Shown here: positions 43,874 through 57,430 of the stretch, piece after piece
How the letters are laid out: every line of letters starts with the position of its first letter
Position numbering within the stretch: the stretch's first letter is position 1
Assembly: GCA_964016885.1 (NCBI GenBank)
Contig: OZ024757.1
Location: 25,544,001-25,608,000 of the forward strand
DNA from: Eledone cirrhosa
Taxonomy: Eukaryota
Length of the DNA stretch: 64,000 nt
Direction of reading: 5' to 3'
Notes under the pieces: model-generated
The model's input: only the letters and a program-made list of their open reading frames with translations
The model's database searches: none
What the model was told of the DNA's origin: nothing
Position numbers and translations under genes: made by a program

Positions 43874-43944
43874 ATAACTGTTTAGTTAAGGCAAACCCTC
43901 ATCCTAACAGCAAAAATAAAAACAACAGCAATAACAATGTTAAC

Positions 43945-43975
<31 letters not shown>

Positions 43976-44106
43976 ATAACAAACACATCAGTGACAGTTA
44001 CAATAATAATAAGAATAATAACAAGAATAATAAGAACAATGACAACACCAATAATAGTAACAGCAACAATAACAACAACTGTAACAATAGCAACTGTAAC
44101 AGCAAC

Positions 44107-44141
<35 letters not shown>

Positions 44142-44485
44142 GAAGAAGAAGAAGAAGAAGAAGAACAACAACAACAATATTAACAGCAAAAATAACAATA
44201 ACAGCAACAATAACAAAAATATCAAACACAACAGTAATAACAACAACATCAACAATAACAATAACAACAACAATAGCAATAGTAGCTATAACAACAAAAA
44301 TAATAGCAAGAATAACAACTATAACAACAGCAATAACAACAATAACAATAACAATAATAACAACAGCAACAATAGCAACAAGTATACAAATAGGCTGAAC
44401 ATTGGAGAAAGGACAATATGGCGAGAGTGTAACGTGAATTGGCAGTATCGGTAGAGGGTTGGACGCCATGTTTTCTAGCAAATCG

Positions 44486-47400
44486 GACCAAGGAAACAAT
44501 GTTTCCATTGGTCTTTCCATTGCTAACATTATTCTGCCAGTCGCAGCTCCTGGAATAAGACAGCAGTCGATCGTCAAATGGGACCGAGGAAACAATGTTT
44601 CCATTGGTCTTTCTATTGCCGATAGAATGACCTGGCAGAAAAAAAGGAACCGATCGTCAGATGTGACCAAGAAAACAATGTTTCCATTGGTCTTCCTATT
44701 GCTGATACTATCTGCCGGTTACAACAACTGGCAGAAAAAAGAAATGAATCGTCAGATGTGACCAAGAAAACAATGTTTCCATTGGTCTTCCTATTGCTGA
44801 TACTATCTGCCGGTTACAACAACTGGCAGAAAAAAGAAATGAATCGTCAGATGTGACCAAGAAAACAATGTTTCCATTGGTCTTCCTATTGCTGATACTA
44901 TCTGCCGGTTACAACAACTGGCAGAAAAAAGAAATGAATCGTCAGATGTGACCAAGAAAACAATGTTTCCATTGGTCTTCCTATTGCTGATACTATCTGC
45001 CGGTTACAACAACTGGCAGAAAAAAGAAATGAATCGTCAGATGTGACCAAGAAAACAATGTTTCCATTGGTCTTCCTATTGCTGATACTATCTGCCGGTT
45101 ACAACAACTGGCAGAAAAAAGAAATGAATCGTCAGATGTGACCAAGAAAACAATGTTTCCATTGGTCTTCCTATTGCTGATACTATCTGCCGGTTACAAC
45201 AACTGGCAGAAAAAAGAAATGAATCGTCAGATGTGACCAAGAAAACAATGTTTCCATTGGTCTTCCTATTGCTGATACTATCTGCCGGTTACAACAACTG
45301 GCAGAAAAAAGAAATGAATCGTCAGATGTGACCAAGAAAACAATGTTTCCATTGGTCTTCCTATTGCTGATACTATCTGCCGGTTACAACAACTGGCAGA
45401 AAAAAGAAATGAATCGTCAGATGTGACCAAGAAAACAATGTTTCCATTGGTCTTCCTATTGCTGATACTATCTGCCGGTTACAACAACTGGCAGAAAAAA
45501 GAAATGAATCGTCAGATGTGACCAAGAAAACAATGTTTCCATTGGTCTTCCTATTGCTGATACTATCTGCCGGTTACAACAACTGGCAGAAAAAAGAAAT
45601 GAATCGTCAGATGTGACCAAGAAAACAATGTTTCCATTGGTCTTCCTATTGCTGATACTATCTGCCGGTTACAACAACTGGCAGAAAAAAGAAATGAATC
45701 GTCAGATGTGACCAAGAAAACAATGTTTCCATTGGTCTTCCTATTGCTGATACTATCTGCCGGTTACAACAACTGGCAGAAAAAAGAAATGAATCGTCAG
45801 ATGTGACCAAGAAAACAATGTTTCCATTGGTCTTCCTATTGCTGATACTATCTGCCGGTTACAACAACTGGCAGAAAAAAGAAATGAATCGTCAGATGTG
45901 ACCAAGAAAACAATGTTTCCATTGGTCTTCCTATTGCTGATACTATCTGCCGGTTACAACAACTGGCAGAAAAAAGAAATGAATCGTCAGATGTGACCAA
46001 GAAAACAATGTTTCCATTGGTCTTCCTATTGCTGATACTATCTGCCGGTTACAACAACTGGCAGAAAAAAGAAATGAATCGTCAGATGTGACCAAGAAAA
46101 CAATGTTTCCATTCGTCTTTCTATTGCTGATACTATCTGATGGTCACAGCTCCTGGCAGAAGTAAGGACCTGATGACCTGATTGGACCAAGGAAACAATG
46201 TCTCCATAGGTTTTTCTGTTGCTGATACTATCTGCTGGCCACAGCTCCTGGCAGAAGAAGGGAATCAATCGTTAGATTGCACCAAGGAAACAATATTGCC
46301 ATTGGTCTTTCTATTGCTGATATCATCTGCCAGTTACAACACCGGGCAGAAAAAAGAAATGGATCGTCAGATGTGACCAAGAAAACAATGTTTCCATTGG
46401 TCTTTCTATTGCTGATACTATCTGCCAGTCCTGGCAGAAGTAAGGAGCTGATGATCTGATAGGTGCTGATCAGACCAATGAAACAACGTTTTCATTAGTC
46501 CTTCCATTGCTTATACTGTCTGTTGGTTACAACACCTGTCGGAAGAAAGGTGCTAATCGTCAGACTGGACACAGGAAACAATGTTTCCATTGGTCTTTCT
46601 ATTGCTGATACTATCTGCCAGACCTGGCAGAAGTAAGGAGCTGATGATCTGATAGGTGCTGATCAGACCAATGAAACAACGTTTTCATTAGTCCTTCCAT
46701 TGCTTATACTGTCTGTTGGTTACAACACCTGTCGGAAGAAAGGTGCTAATCGTCAGACTGGACACAGGAAACAATGTTTCCATTGGTCTTTCTATTGCTG
46801 ATACTATCTGCCAGACCTGGCAGAAGTAAGGAGCTGATGATCTGATAGGTGCTGATCAGACCAATGAAACAACGTTTTCATTAGTCCTTCCATTGCTTAT
46901 ACTGTCTGTTGGTTACAACACCTGTCGGAAGAAAGGTGCTAATCGTCAGACTGGACACAGGAAACAATGTTTCCATTGGTCTTTCTATTGCTGATACTAT
47001 CTGCCAGACCTGGCAGAAGTAAGGAGCTGATGATCTGATAGGTGCTGATCAGACCAATGAAACAACGTTTTCATTAGTCCTTCCATTGCTTATACTGTCT
47101 GTTGGTTACAACACCTGTCGGAAGAAAGGTGCTAATCGTCAGACTGGACACAGGAAACAATGTTTCCATTGGTCTTTCTATTGCTGATACTATCTGCCAG
47201 ACCTGGCAGAAGTAAGGAGCTGATGATCTGATAGGTGCTGATCAGACCAATGAAACAACGTTTTCATTAGTCCTTCCATTGCTTATACTGTCTGTTGGTT
47301 ACAACACCTGTCGGAAGAAAGGTGCTAATCGTCAGACTGGACACAGGAAACAATGTTTCCATTGGTCTTTCTATTGCTGATACTATCTGCCAGACCTGGC

Positions 47401-47790
47401 AGAAGTAAGGAGCTGATGATCTGATAGGTGCTGATCAGACCAATGAAACAACGTTTTCATTAGTCCTTCCATTGCTTATACTGTCTGTTGGTTACAACAC
47501 CTGTCGGAAGAAAGGTGCTAATCGTCAGACTGGACACAGGAAACAATGTTTCCATTGGTCTTTCTATTGCTGATACTATCTGCCAGACCTGGCAGAAGTA
47601 AGGAGCTGATGATCTGATAGGTGCTGATCAGACCAATGAAACAACGTTTTCATTAGTCCTTCCATTGCTTATACTGTCTGTTGGTTACAACACCTGTCGG
47701 AAGAAAGGTGCTAATCGTCAGACTGGACACAGGAAACAATATTTCCATTGGCCATTCCGTTGTCGATACTATTTGCCGGCCGCAACGTCT
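44486..47790. repeat. Satellite: 15 identical 95-bp monomers (44656-46080), then ~7 193-bp dimeric units (~46385-47750)
   Basis: Period 95 (gtcagatgtg at 44656, 44751 ... 46081). Period 193 (cagactggac at 46561, 46754 ... 47719). Confidence 0.95.
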
Positions 47791-47795
47791 GTCAG

Positions 47796-47902
47796 GAGGA
47801 ATAATGTGAAATAAAGTATTTTGCTCCAAAGCACAACATACTGCTTAGGCAAGGAACTCAACTCACGACCTTATGGTCGTTAATCCAACGCCCTAAATTA
47901 CT
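47796..47902 (-). mobile_element. Diverged family-2 SINE head abutting the satellite
   Basis: atgtgaaataaagtattttgctc core and aggaactcaactcacgacc B-box region. Same junction as at 25875. Confidence 0.7.
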
Positions 47903-48169
47903 CTCAAATCCCACCATACTGTCTTAACAAAGTGGATCCTAGGTTCTTTACACACAAAGAATAAGTGGGATGGTCACAACTGGAATATCATTGACTATAT
48001 TTTGGCTGGGTCAGGGTCAGGGTCATGGTTAGGGTAAGGTTTATACAATAAAAACAACAACAGCAGCAGCAATATATTCGCACACACGTATATATGTCTA
48101 TGTGTATATATGTATACATTGATTAAATCTTAACCATTTAACATCTCAGAGTATGTCATGTATCATTAT

Positions 48170-48222
48170 ATTTTTTCTGATGAGGACGTACTGTTGTACC
48201 TCTGAAATATGTATAATAAAAT
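48170..48222 (+). ncRNA. Hammerhead motif (one stem I mismatch)
   Basis: atttttt-CTGATGA-gga-c-gtac-tgtt-gtac-c-tct-GAAA-tatgta-TA^-ataaaat. The downstream sequence recurs at ~5911-5972. Confidence 0.7.
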
Positions 48223-48433
48223 TTAATTGATCAAAAGAACATCTATTTTATTAATATTTGTATTTTAAAATTAATAACTCTGGAAAATATTTTTTTGTAG
48301 AGAGCTTCCAATCTACTGTAAAACATTCTTTGATATACTCATTGAATCTTGTTTAACTCTTTAATATATATATATATATGTGTGTGTGTATGTATATATA
48401 AGGAAACACATAGATACAGATAGAGATAAACAG

Positions 48434-48475
<42 letters not shown>

Positions 48476-48543
48476 TGATAGACAGATAGATAGATAGATA
48501 TAGAGAGAGATAGACATATAGATAGATAGATAGATAGAGAGAA

Positions 48544-48624
<81 letters not shown>

Positions 48625-48679
48625 CAGAGAGACAGACAGATAGAGATAGATAGAGAGATAGATAGATAGAGATAGAGAC

Positions 48680-48768
<89 letters not shown>

Positions 48769-48803
48769 TATATATATATAGAGAGAGACAGACACATAGA
48801 GAG

Positions 48804-48834
<31 letters not shown>

Positions 48835-48980
48835 AGAGAGAGAGGGAGAGAGAGAGAGAGGGGCGCTAGTATATCACGCTCTGACACAATATCTATGTAA
48901 ATGCATTAGATGCACATCGGTTGCATCGGTGAAGCTAGATTGCATCATTGTGCATCTGAAGAAAGACAGCGTCTATCGCT

Positions 48981-48994
48981 GTTGCCATGGAAAC
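48981..48994. promoter_or_regulatory. Candidate RFX X-box
   Basis: GTTGCCATGGAAAC is one mismatch from the palindrome GTTGCCATGGCAAC. It lies in a non-repetitive island, with CACGTG at 49031-49036. Confidence 0.5.
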
Positions 48995-49082
48995 CAACTT
49001 GTTGCACTCATGCTGCAACTGGTGGCAGAGCACGTGATAATGCTGCTGCTTTTTTTTCTGTACACTTCACTCACATGTACAT

Positions 49083-49128
<46 letters not shown>

Positions 49129-49172
49129 TTACTCACACACATACACACACATATATATACTCACACACACAT

Positions 49173-49217
<45 letters not shown>

Positions 49218-49389
49218 CTCACGCACATACATACACATATATATACACACACATATATATATGGTCATACACACACACATACACGCACACACATATACAT
49301 ACATATATAAATATGAATACAAAGAAATATATTCATATACACACAAACACACACACACTCACCCCCTCCCCCCATATACATATATATAA

Positions 49390-49700
49390 AGAAAAAATAT
49401 GAAATCGAAAATGCAACTGAAGTCTTATTTAAAAAAAAATATATATATTTATTTGGTTCCTTTACTGGTTTTTCTCACATCTGGAGATGTGTAAAAAACC
49501 ACAGACCCTCCATCTCAACTGTACTTTTGAAAAGCAGAAGAACTGCGAAACCGGAAAAGGAACCAAATAAATATATATATATTTTTTTTAAATAAGACTC
49601 CAGTTGCATTTTCGATTTCATCTTTTTTTATTTATACTTTCACTCGTGTAGGACACCTCGGTTATTATTTATTTTGTAAAAAAAAACCCTCACTTTCTAA
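49390..49700. mobile_element. Family F fold-back element (HHR with U16.1>A, probably dead)
   Basis: Left arm ~49400-49470 is the reverse complement of ~49548-49622. A further - strand copy lies at ~50995-51150. Confidence 0.8.
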
Positions 49701-49809
49701 TATATATATATATATATACATACACATATACGTACGTAGATTAAAACCTTATGGTAAAGACGTTTGCTTTGCAAACAGTTGAGTTGCTGTATGGCATCTT
49801 GAGCATGTG

Positions 49810-49901
<92 letters not shown>

Positions 49902-51189
49902 CTGTGTGTGTGTGTGTGTGTGTGTGTTACATACATATATATTGGTTCCTCAAATATGAAATTTGTAGAAATTTCTAGAAAAAAAAACTAATTTCTCCGA
50001 AATTTCATACTAGATGACCCAATATATATATGTGTGCGTGTGTGAGTATATATATATATATATATATATTATAAAGACGAGAGGCAGTTTTATGTATACA
50101 TCCTGTTGTTTAATATAATGGTTTCTTATATAGGCACAAGGCCAGCAATTTTGGAGAGAGGGGAAAGTCGATTGAATCGACGCCAGTACGTGACTGGTAC
50201 TTTATTTATCGCCCTCGTTAGATTTATTTAAATTTTCGAGATAATATCTCTTCTTCGGAGGGAAGTAAAGCGGTTAAACCAGTGTTCTAAATAGCTTGCC
50301 AAGTCATGCTGACAGCATGTCCATACCTGCATTGTTTTGGCTTTATTATACATATACAAACGTATATATATATTATATATATATTTTACTCCACTCGACA
50401 TCGTTTGGCTTGTGTCATACGCTGTGACCCAGGGTGGACCAGCAGTACCGTTGGTAGGGGTCGAAACTGCCAAAAGCTTATCTTAAAGACCGATGATCCT
50501 GGAGTTCTGTGTCCTTCGACTGTATTTTTATTTAGAAAAAAAAAAAAAAAAAAAATTTTTAGGTTTCCTTTTAAAAAAATGTTTTTCGTTTTGTCTTATT
50601 TCCATTTGTTGTTTTGTCTTCTCTTTGTTAATTTTAATGAGACTATTTTAACCCGACGTTTGCTGTGCATAATAGCAGCTGGTTGTTTTACAGATACTTC
50701 CGCGTTTGAGATTCCTACAATTCTATGAAAATTCATATATATATATATTATATATAACGAGGAACTTGTGAATGTAGAGTCAAGTTCGATCGGTAACAAA
50801 TCCTGCCTTGAGCTGATCGTCGGAGAAACATATGTAATATATTAATAAATAGTGTTTTGATGCATCACTGATTCCTCGTTATCTATATAATAATATACTC
50901 TGCTCTGCACGAGCATCGAGTGCTCAAACGGCATACCGCCTGCGGACGTATTTATTGTAACCATACAACAACTATATATATATATATAAGAACATTAGGT
51001 TTTTTTAAATGAGAAAAAAAACGAGATGTCCTACACGAGTGAAAGTATAAGGAAAAGAAATGCAACTGGAGTCTTTTTAAGAATATTTATTTGTTTCCTT
51101 TACCGGTTTCACAGTTCTTATACTTTTCGAAAGTAAAATTGAGATGGAGGGTCGTGTGGGCAGTGCAAAAATATAATTTTTGTCATATC

Positions 51190-51280
51190 ACCAGTCTGAC
51201 GAGCAGATCGATACTGGAGTCGGGTCCATAACTCCTATGGGTACCTTGAGCCAATCATTTGCTAAACGCGCGTAACAGGT
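51190..51280 (+). ncRNA. Degenerate hammerhead motif (G12>U)
   Basis: accagt-CTGACGA-gcagat...atttgc-TAAA-cgcgcg-TA^-acaggt. Stem III is the palindrome ACGCGCGT. Confidence 0.65.
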
Positions 51281-52613
51281 CGATACACAATAAATATTTT
51301 TCACATGTAAACGAAACTCCCTCGTTTATTTCTATTTTATATATATATATATATATACCTCTCCAGAATATCCCCCACCCCGCAGTATAAATTAATATAC
51401 CGTACGTAAGATAATAATATAATCTGAACTAGTTTATTCCAAATTATAAAAATAAAAAAATCCGTTGTGTTTTATCAAATCTTTAAACAGAGAATCCTTT
51501 CCCCAAATTTTTGACCCCTCCCTCATAAACTCAACAAGATCTAACCGCAGACCTGTCAATTCTCCCCCGTCCGACGGGAAGATCTCCTACCCACTTTGGA
51601 GTGGGTGAGAGATGTCTTTTCTTGTGAAAATGGGTATAGCTTTCATTATGTAAAATCTCCCCGTTTTGCCTCATTTCTCCCCGTTTTGGGGCACATTTTT
51701 TCATGGTACTCCCCGTTTGGGTTTTTAGAGGTTGGCAGGTAACCCTATCACTAAATCTAGCCTTAGCCCTAATCCTAATCTTAACACTTAACTCTAATAA
51801 AAGTGTATATACATTTTTGGGGGGACATCCTATATATATATTCGCAAGCCGAACCAGCGAAACAACGTATGTGACAAAGCTGAATCTTTGACTTTACAGG
51901 TACCCTTTCCGTCTACCAAATTTTACTCATAAGGCTTGGATCTACCCGAAGCTATGGTAAAGAAACTTTCCCAACCCACCATTCTACGCAGTGAGATCTA
52001 ACTTGTTAACCATTCAACCAGACCTGCACTCCTAGCTTGTTACATATATAACAAATGCATTTACATGCACCATTAGAAATATATTTATTTATTTATTTAT
52101 TTATTTATATCCGCAGGTATTAATTACAGCCACAAGTAAAACCACTTTATAGAAAATTCTTTACATATTTCCGCCATTGTTAAAAAAATTCTCTTCGCGG
52201 ACAAAGACTACTTGAAAAACGTCTTTCTTTTCACCAAACACCACAAGTTTTCACGTATTTATGTATTCAAAAGTTCACCACGGGGACCTTCAGAGGAATA
52301 TTACAGAGAAACACTTTATATGTTGAATTTTTTTTTTCTATTCTATAAAAATTTGTATATTTTTCAAAGATTTCTTTTCTTATAATTTTTGAATAGAAAC
52401 CATTCAGTGTGTCTGATAATATAACTATCGTCTGTTAGACGATATGACTATCGTCTGTTAGACGATATAACTATCGTCTGTTTAGACGAAGATCGAAAAC
52501 GACAAACTTTGACATAACGATATACAGTGATTCGCTTTTGACTGTTTGTACATTTATGTATGTGTATGCATGCATGTGTATGTATACATATTTGTATTAT
52601 TGTAAATATATGC

Positions 52614-52658
<45 letters not shown>

Positions 52659-52673
52659 GATAGATGTATGTGC

Positions 52674-52750
<77 letters not shown>

Positions 52751-52758
52751 CATATATA

Positions 52759-52837
<79 letters not shown>

Positions 52838-53131
52838 CAGCTCACACCTATGCAGGTTTAGCTGGCCTCCTCCAAGATATATCTCGTTGGAGGTGTCTTG
52901 TATGATTTGATGATAGGGACCCCAGTCCTATCATTTCATTTCTACAGCTGAGTAAACTGGAGCAACTGCTCAAGGAAACAACACATCACCCGGTCCAAGA
53001 ATTGAACTCACTTTTCGATTGCAAGCCCAATGCAATTGCAAGCCCATTAAACGAAAGATATAACTTTATAACATCACTATTTATTTCGTTATATATATTT
53101 CGGGGATGCAAGAATTTATGTTTAACTCATT

Positions 53132-53193
<62 letters not shown>

Positions 53194-54163
53194 TATTTTC
53201 CGTTGTGTTGTAATATAAATATTACACACAGTAGATTATCAGCTCACGTAGAGTTTGCTCGACGGTTCCAGTTGTAGTTCCAAAAGTAATCCGGAGAAAA
53301 ATAGAAAGATTTGAATGGATACAGTTTAGTTGAAAGGAATTTATTGACACGTGTTTCTATAACAGTTACATAACCTAAAACAGCTATCTACAAACTTTTA
53401 GTTATGCAGACATTCAATATTTCAATGTTATTATTTACTGTCATTTCATCAGAATAATATTACTGAGGACCTGTTTAGTTTTTATAGAGAATATTAGGAG
53501 GGAGGGGTGAAGTTGTTAGAAGAATAGTTGAAGGAGTGGTTTTTCGATAGCAGTGAGAATTCTTGGTGGCAGTGAGTAATTAGATTCCCATCTGTTGTTT
53601 TGACATTTTTTATAGAATATATTATTGGTTATTTTAAATCTATAGAAGGATTAGAGATAGTAAAGATATGCGTGGTTGGTTTTGTGTTTGCACTTAATTA
53701 ACATTCAGACTTAAATTTTTCTTTCAAGTGTACGTATCCTTTCACCCACGCATTCACACACAAATATATTTGCACACCTCTACAAAATACATATACTCAC
53801 AATTCACATATTCTATAAAAACTAAACAGGTCCTCAGTAATATTATTCTGATGAAATGACAGTAAATAATAACATTGAAATATTGAATGTCTGCATAACT
53901 AAAAGTTTGTAGATAGCTGTTTTAGGTTATGTAACTGTTATAGAAACACGTGTCAATAAATTCCTTTCAACTAAACTGTATCCATTCAAATCTTTCTATT
54001 TTTCTCCGGATTACTTTTGGAACTACAACTGGAACCGTCGAGCAAACTCTACGTGAGCTGATAATCTACTGTGTGTAATATTTATATTACAACACAACGG
54101 AAAATACTGTATATTTACCTCCTGTAAAGTCGAGCAACCCACACAGCAAACGCAACCACAACA

Positions 54164-56487
54164 ATGGAAAAACACTACCTGGATATGTCACTCAAAAACA
54201 TACCAACCCAAGGTAGAAAGGAATATTTATTGAGCATGATTCAAAAAACTAATGAATTCATTCGACGTGTCAGGTGGAAAACGCTCCACTATGATAGAAG
54301 CCGTATGAACTCAACATTAGAAAGTGGTGTAAACAACAAATTCGGTTTTAGGACTTGTAAAAACCCACCCACCAACCCACTATTAGATGCATTTGAGCAG
54401 GACCTTATGAACTTAATCCTTAAAATTAAATTCAAAGGACGCAACACCAACAGCAAATTACAGAAAGATATAAAAAAAACTACTGGACGACCTTAAAAAC
54501 ACCAAAGGAATTGTAGTAAAAGCGGACAAAACATCAAACCTGTACACTATGGATTGCACTACATACAACAACTTCATTCGAAAAGAATTACATAAAAAAT
54601 ATAGAAAAACGAGTGAAGTAACCCTTAAGCACATCAATGATGAGGCATGCGAAATAGTGAAAAATCTCGGAATCGAAGATAGGACAGGACCACTCTTACC
54701 GGCGGTACCCACCTTCAATCTTAAGGACCACAAGGTAAACTTTGATAATGACCCTAAAATTAGATTAATCTGCCCCTCTAAATCAGATATAGGTAAAATA
54801 AGCAAATATATCTTAGATAGAATCATCCCCCAAATTAAGGCTAAGGTTAACATTAAACTCTGGGGGAAGACCCAAGAAGCAATAAGATGGTTTAATAGCA
54901 TTAGCAATAAGAATAAATCTAAGTTTATCCAGTTTGATATCGATGAATATTACTCATCGATATCACCTGAAACTTTGAATAGAGCCATTAAGTTTGCTAA
55001 GGATAACTCTGACCTTACAAACGATGAAATTAAGATTATATTAGAAGCTAGGAAAACTATAGTCAAATTTGAGAACAGTTATTGGGTACGTAAAGATAGA
55101 CCCTCTAACTTTGACATAACAATGGGCTCTAACGATTCGGCGGAAATAACTGATATTGTGGGGTTATTTATCGCCTTTAGACTCCAGGAAAAATTCAGCA
55201 ATCTCCACGGCGGAATATACCGCGACGATGTTCTCCTCCTAGCTAAAAACCTTAATAACCAAAAACTAGAAAAACTACGCAAAGATATAAGAAAACTACT
55301 ACTCGAAATAGGACTAACTATAACATATGAATACAACCTTAAAGTAGTTAACTTCCTGGATGTCACACTCAATTTAAACTCTGGTTTGATTAAACCGTTT
55401 CATAAATTGAACGAAAATCTCAAATACGTAAATGTTGGGTCTAACCACCCCATCTCTATAATTAAATCTATCCCTAAAAATATTTCCCTTAGAATCTCGG
55501 GTCTATCTTCTAACATACAAGTATTTAAGGAACACGCCGAGTACTACGATAACGCCCTTAGTAAAGCAGGCTACCTCAACAAAATAGAGTACATAGATGG
55601 GAACAATCAAAACACCCAAAATAAATCCCACATAGGTAGATATAATAACACAACACCAAACCACACTTACTACCATAGTATGCACACCAGTAAACCAACA
55701 AACAAAACTAATAGAAAGCGATGCAAAGAGTACTTATGGTATAACCCCGAATACAATAGCTCCATTAGTACAAATTTACCAGTACTCTTCTTTAAAATAA
55801 TTAAAAGACATTTTCCCACATCACACAAATACCACAAAATCCTAAACCCTACCACTATAAGACTGTCATACTCTACAGCGTTAAACCTTGAACAACACAT
55901 AAAAAAGATCAATACTAGAAGGTTAAACGAAAACACGAAGAACTTAAGTACAAAGAACACAAAAAAAAACAGTAGACAATACACTACAGAACATAAATAA
56001 ACCACACCTAAGTTCGTCCGCAATACTACTCCAGAGAAAACCCAACGTACACAACTGTAACTGCACCTATCCTGACAACTGCCCCCTCGGCAATAACTGC
56101 CTGGAAAAAAATATTATTTATAAGTGTACCATTAAATCCGGAGGCAACGAGTGGTATTACGTGGGATCAACGGCAACATCGTTTAAATCTCGATTGTATA
56201 GGCATTCTTACTCAATAAAACACCAGAGCCAAAGAAATGTAACAACTTTAGCAGAAAAAGCTTGGACGCTCAGGGATAGCGACCAAAAGTTTACCCTAAA
56301 ATGGGAAAAATTAGCTAAAACCCAAAGCTTTTCCAGGAGCCAAAATTTCTGCAAATTGTGTAATCTTGAGATTTATTACATAATCACACACAAGAAGAAA
56401 CTGCTGAATAACAGAATTGAACGAACATTATTCTGCCGTCACAGAACTAAAACCCTTTTTTCCCACTACAAGCCGAATATTACATAA
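54164..56487 (+). CDS. PLE reverse transcriptase + GIY-YIG endonuclease polyprotein (~773 aa after removing two extra A's)
   Basis: RT motifs SLKNIP, VKADKTSNLY, FDIDEYYSSI, TMGSNDSAE, YRDD and FLDV. Linker CNCTYPDNCPLGNNC. Endonuclease motifs NIIY...YVGST..FKSR...H, CKLCNLE and LLN. Frameshifts at A8 54472-54479 and A9 55961-55969. Confidence 0.93.
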
Positions 56488-56805
56488 AAGAGGGACATCC
56501 CCCAACTATATAAACCTTAATCTAGTTAGAAAAATATAAAAACAATCTCTTCTCAACATATATTAATAACCTTAAATTACCATACTAATAATGAAAAGAT
56601 ATGCTGATGAGAATAGGTACAAATATGCGATAATGAATGTGTCTAAAAACGTCCATAAGTATGTATATATATGTGAAAATGTATATAAATAAGTAAATAT
56701 ATATATATGTTTGATGTGTATAGTTAGATGTAAGTGTATTCATGTATTAAAGTGCTTATATATATATATATATGTATATGTGTGTATATGTATGTGTATG
56801 TATAT

Positions 56806-56837
<32 letters not shown>

Positions 56838-57381
56838 GTATGTATATATGAGTATATGGATGTGTAAGTATGTGTATGTGTGTACACATGGACTAGAGTA
56901 TGTATGTATATATGTGTGTGTCTATACGTGTGTATATAAAGATAAGTTGAGTATGAAAACGTATACACATGAGCGCGTATGTATGTACATGAATACATGC
57001 ATGTGTATATATATGTAAGTATGAATATGTGAATTGTGAGTATATGTATTTTGTAGAGGTGTGCAAATATATTTGTGTGTGAATGCGTGGGTGAAAGGAT
57101 ACGTACACTTGAAAGAAAAATTTAAGTCTGAATGTTAATTAAGTGCAAACACAAAACCAACCACGCATATCTTTACTATCTCTAATCCTTCTATAGATTT
57201 AGAAAAATAACCAATAATATATTCTATAAAAAATGTCAAAACAACAGATGGGAATCTAATTACTCACTGCCACCAAGAATTCTCACTGCTATCGAAAAAC
57301 CACTCCTTCAACTATTCTTCTAACAACTTCACCCCTCCCTCCTAATATTCTCTATAAAAACTAAACAGGTCCTCAGTAATA

Positions 57382-57430
57382 TTATTCTGATGAAATGACA
57401 GTAAATAATAACATTGAAATATTGAATGTC
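57382..57430 (+). ncRNA. Atypical hammerhead motif of the PLE pLTR (also 53843-53891 +, ~53410-53457 -, ~42285-42332 +)
   Basis: tatt-CTGATGA-aatg...catt-GAAA-tat-TG-aatg. The core and stem II are canonical but position 17 is G. Confidence 0.6.

Noticed and set aside
43513-43875. 120-aa ORF with a 15-aa repeat
   Set aside because: It is a by-product of the 45-bp SINE-core tandem repeat.
44656-47750. CRISPR-like array
   Set aside because: The units are identical end to end with no unique spacers, there are no cas genes, and the context is eukaryotic.
51740-51797. Degenerate (CCCTAA)-like tract (also a TTAGGG-like tract at 48005-48040)
   Set aside because: Too short and degenerate to call interstitial telomeric sequence, and probably part of a decayed transposon.
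55079-56023. Minus-strand ORFs inside the PLE
   Set aside because: They are antisense shadows of the RT ORF with no motifs.
56604-56645. Second CTGATGA in the PLE 3' region
   Set aside because: It is followed by GAAT rather than GAAA, with no convincing stems I or II.
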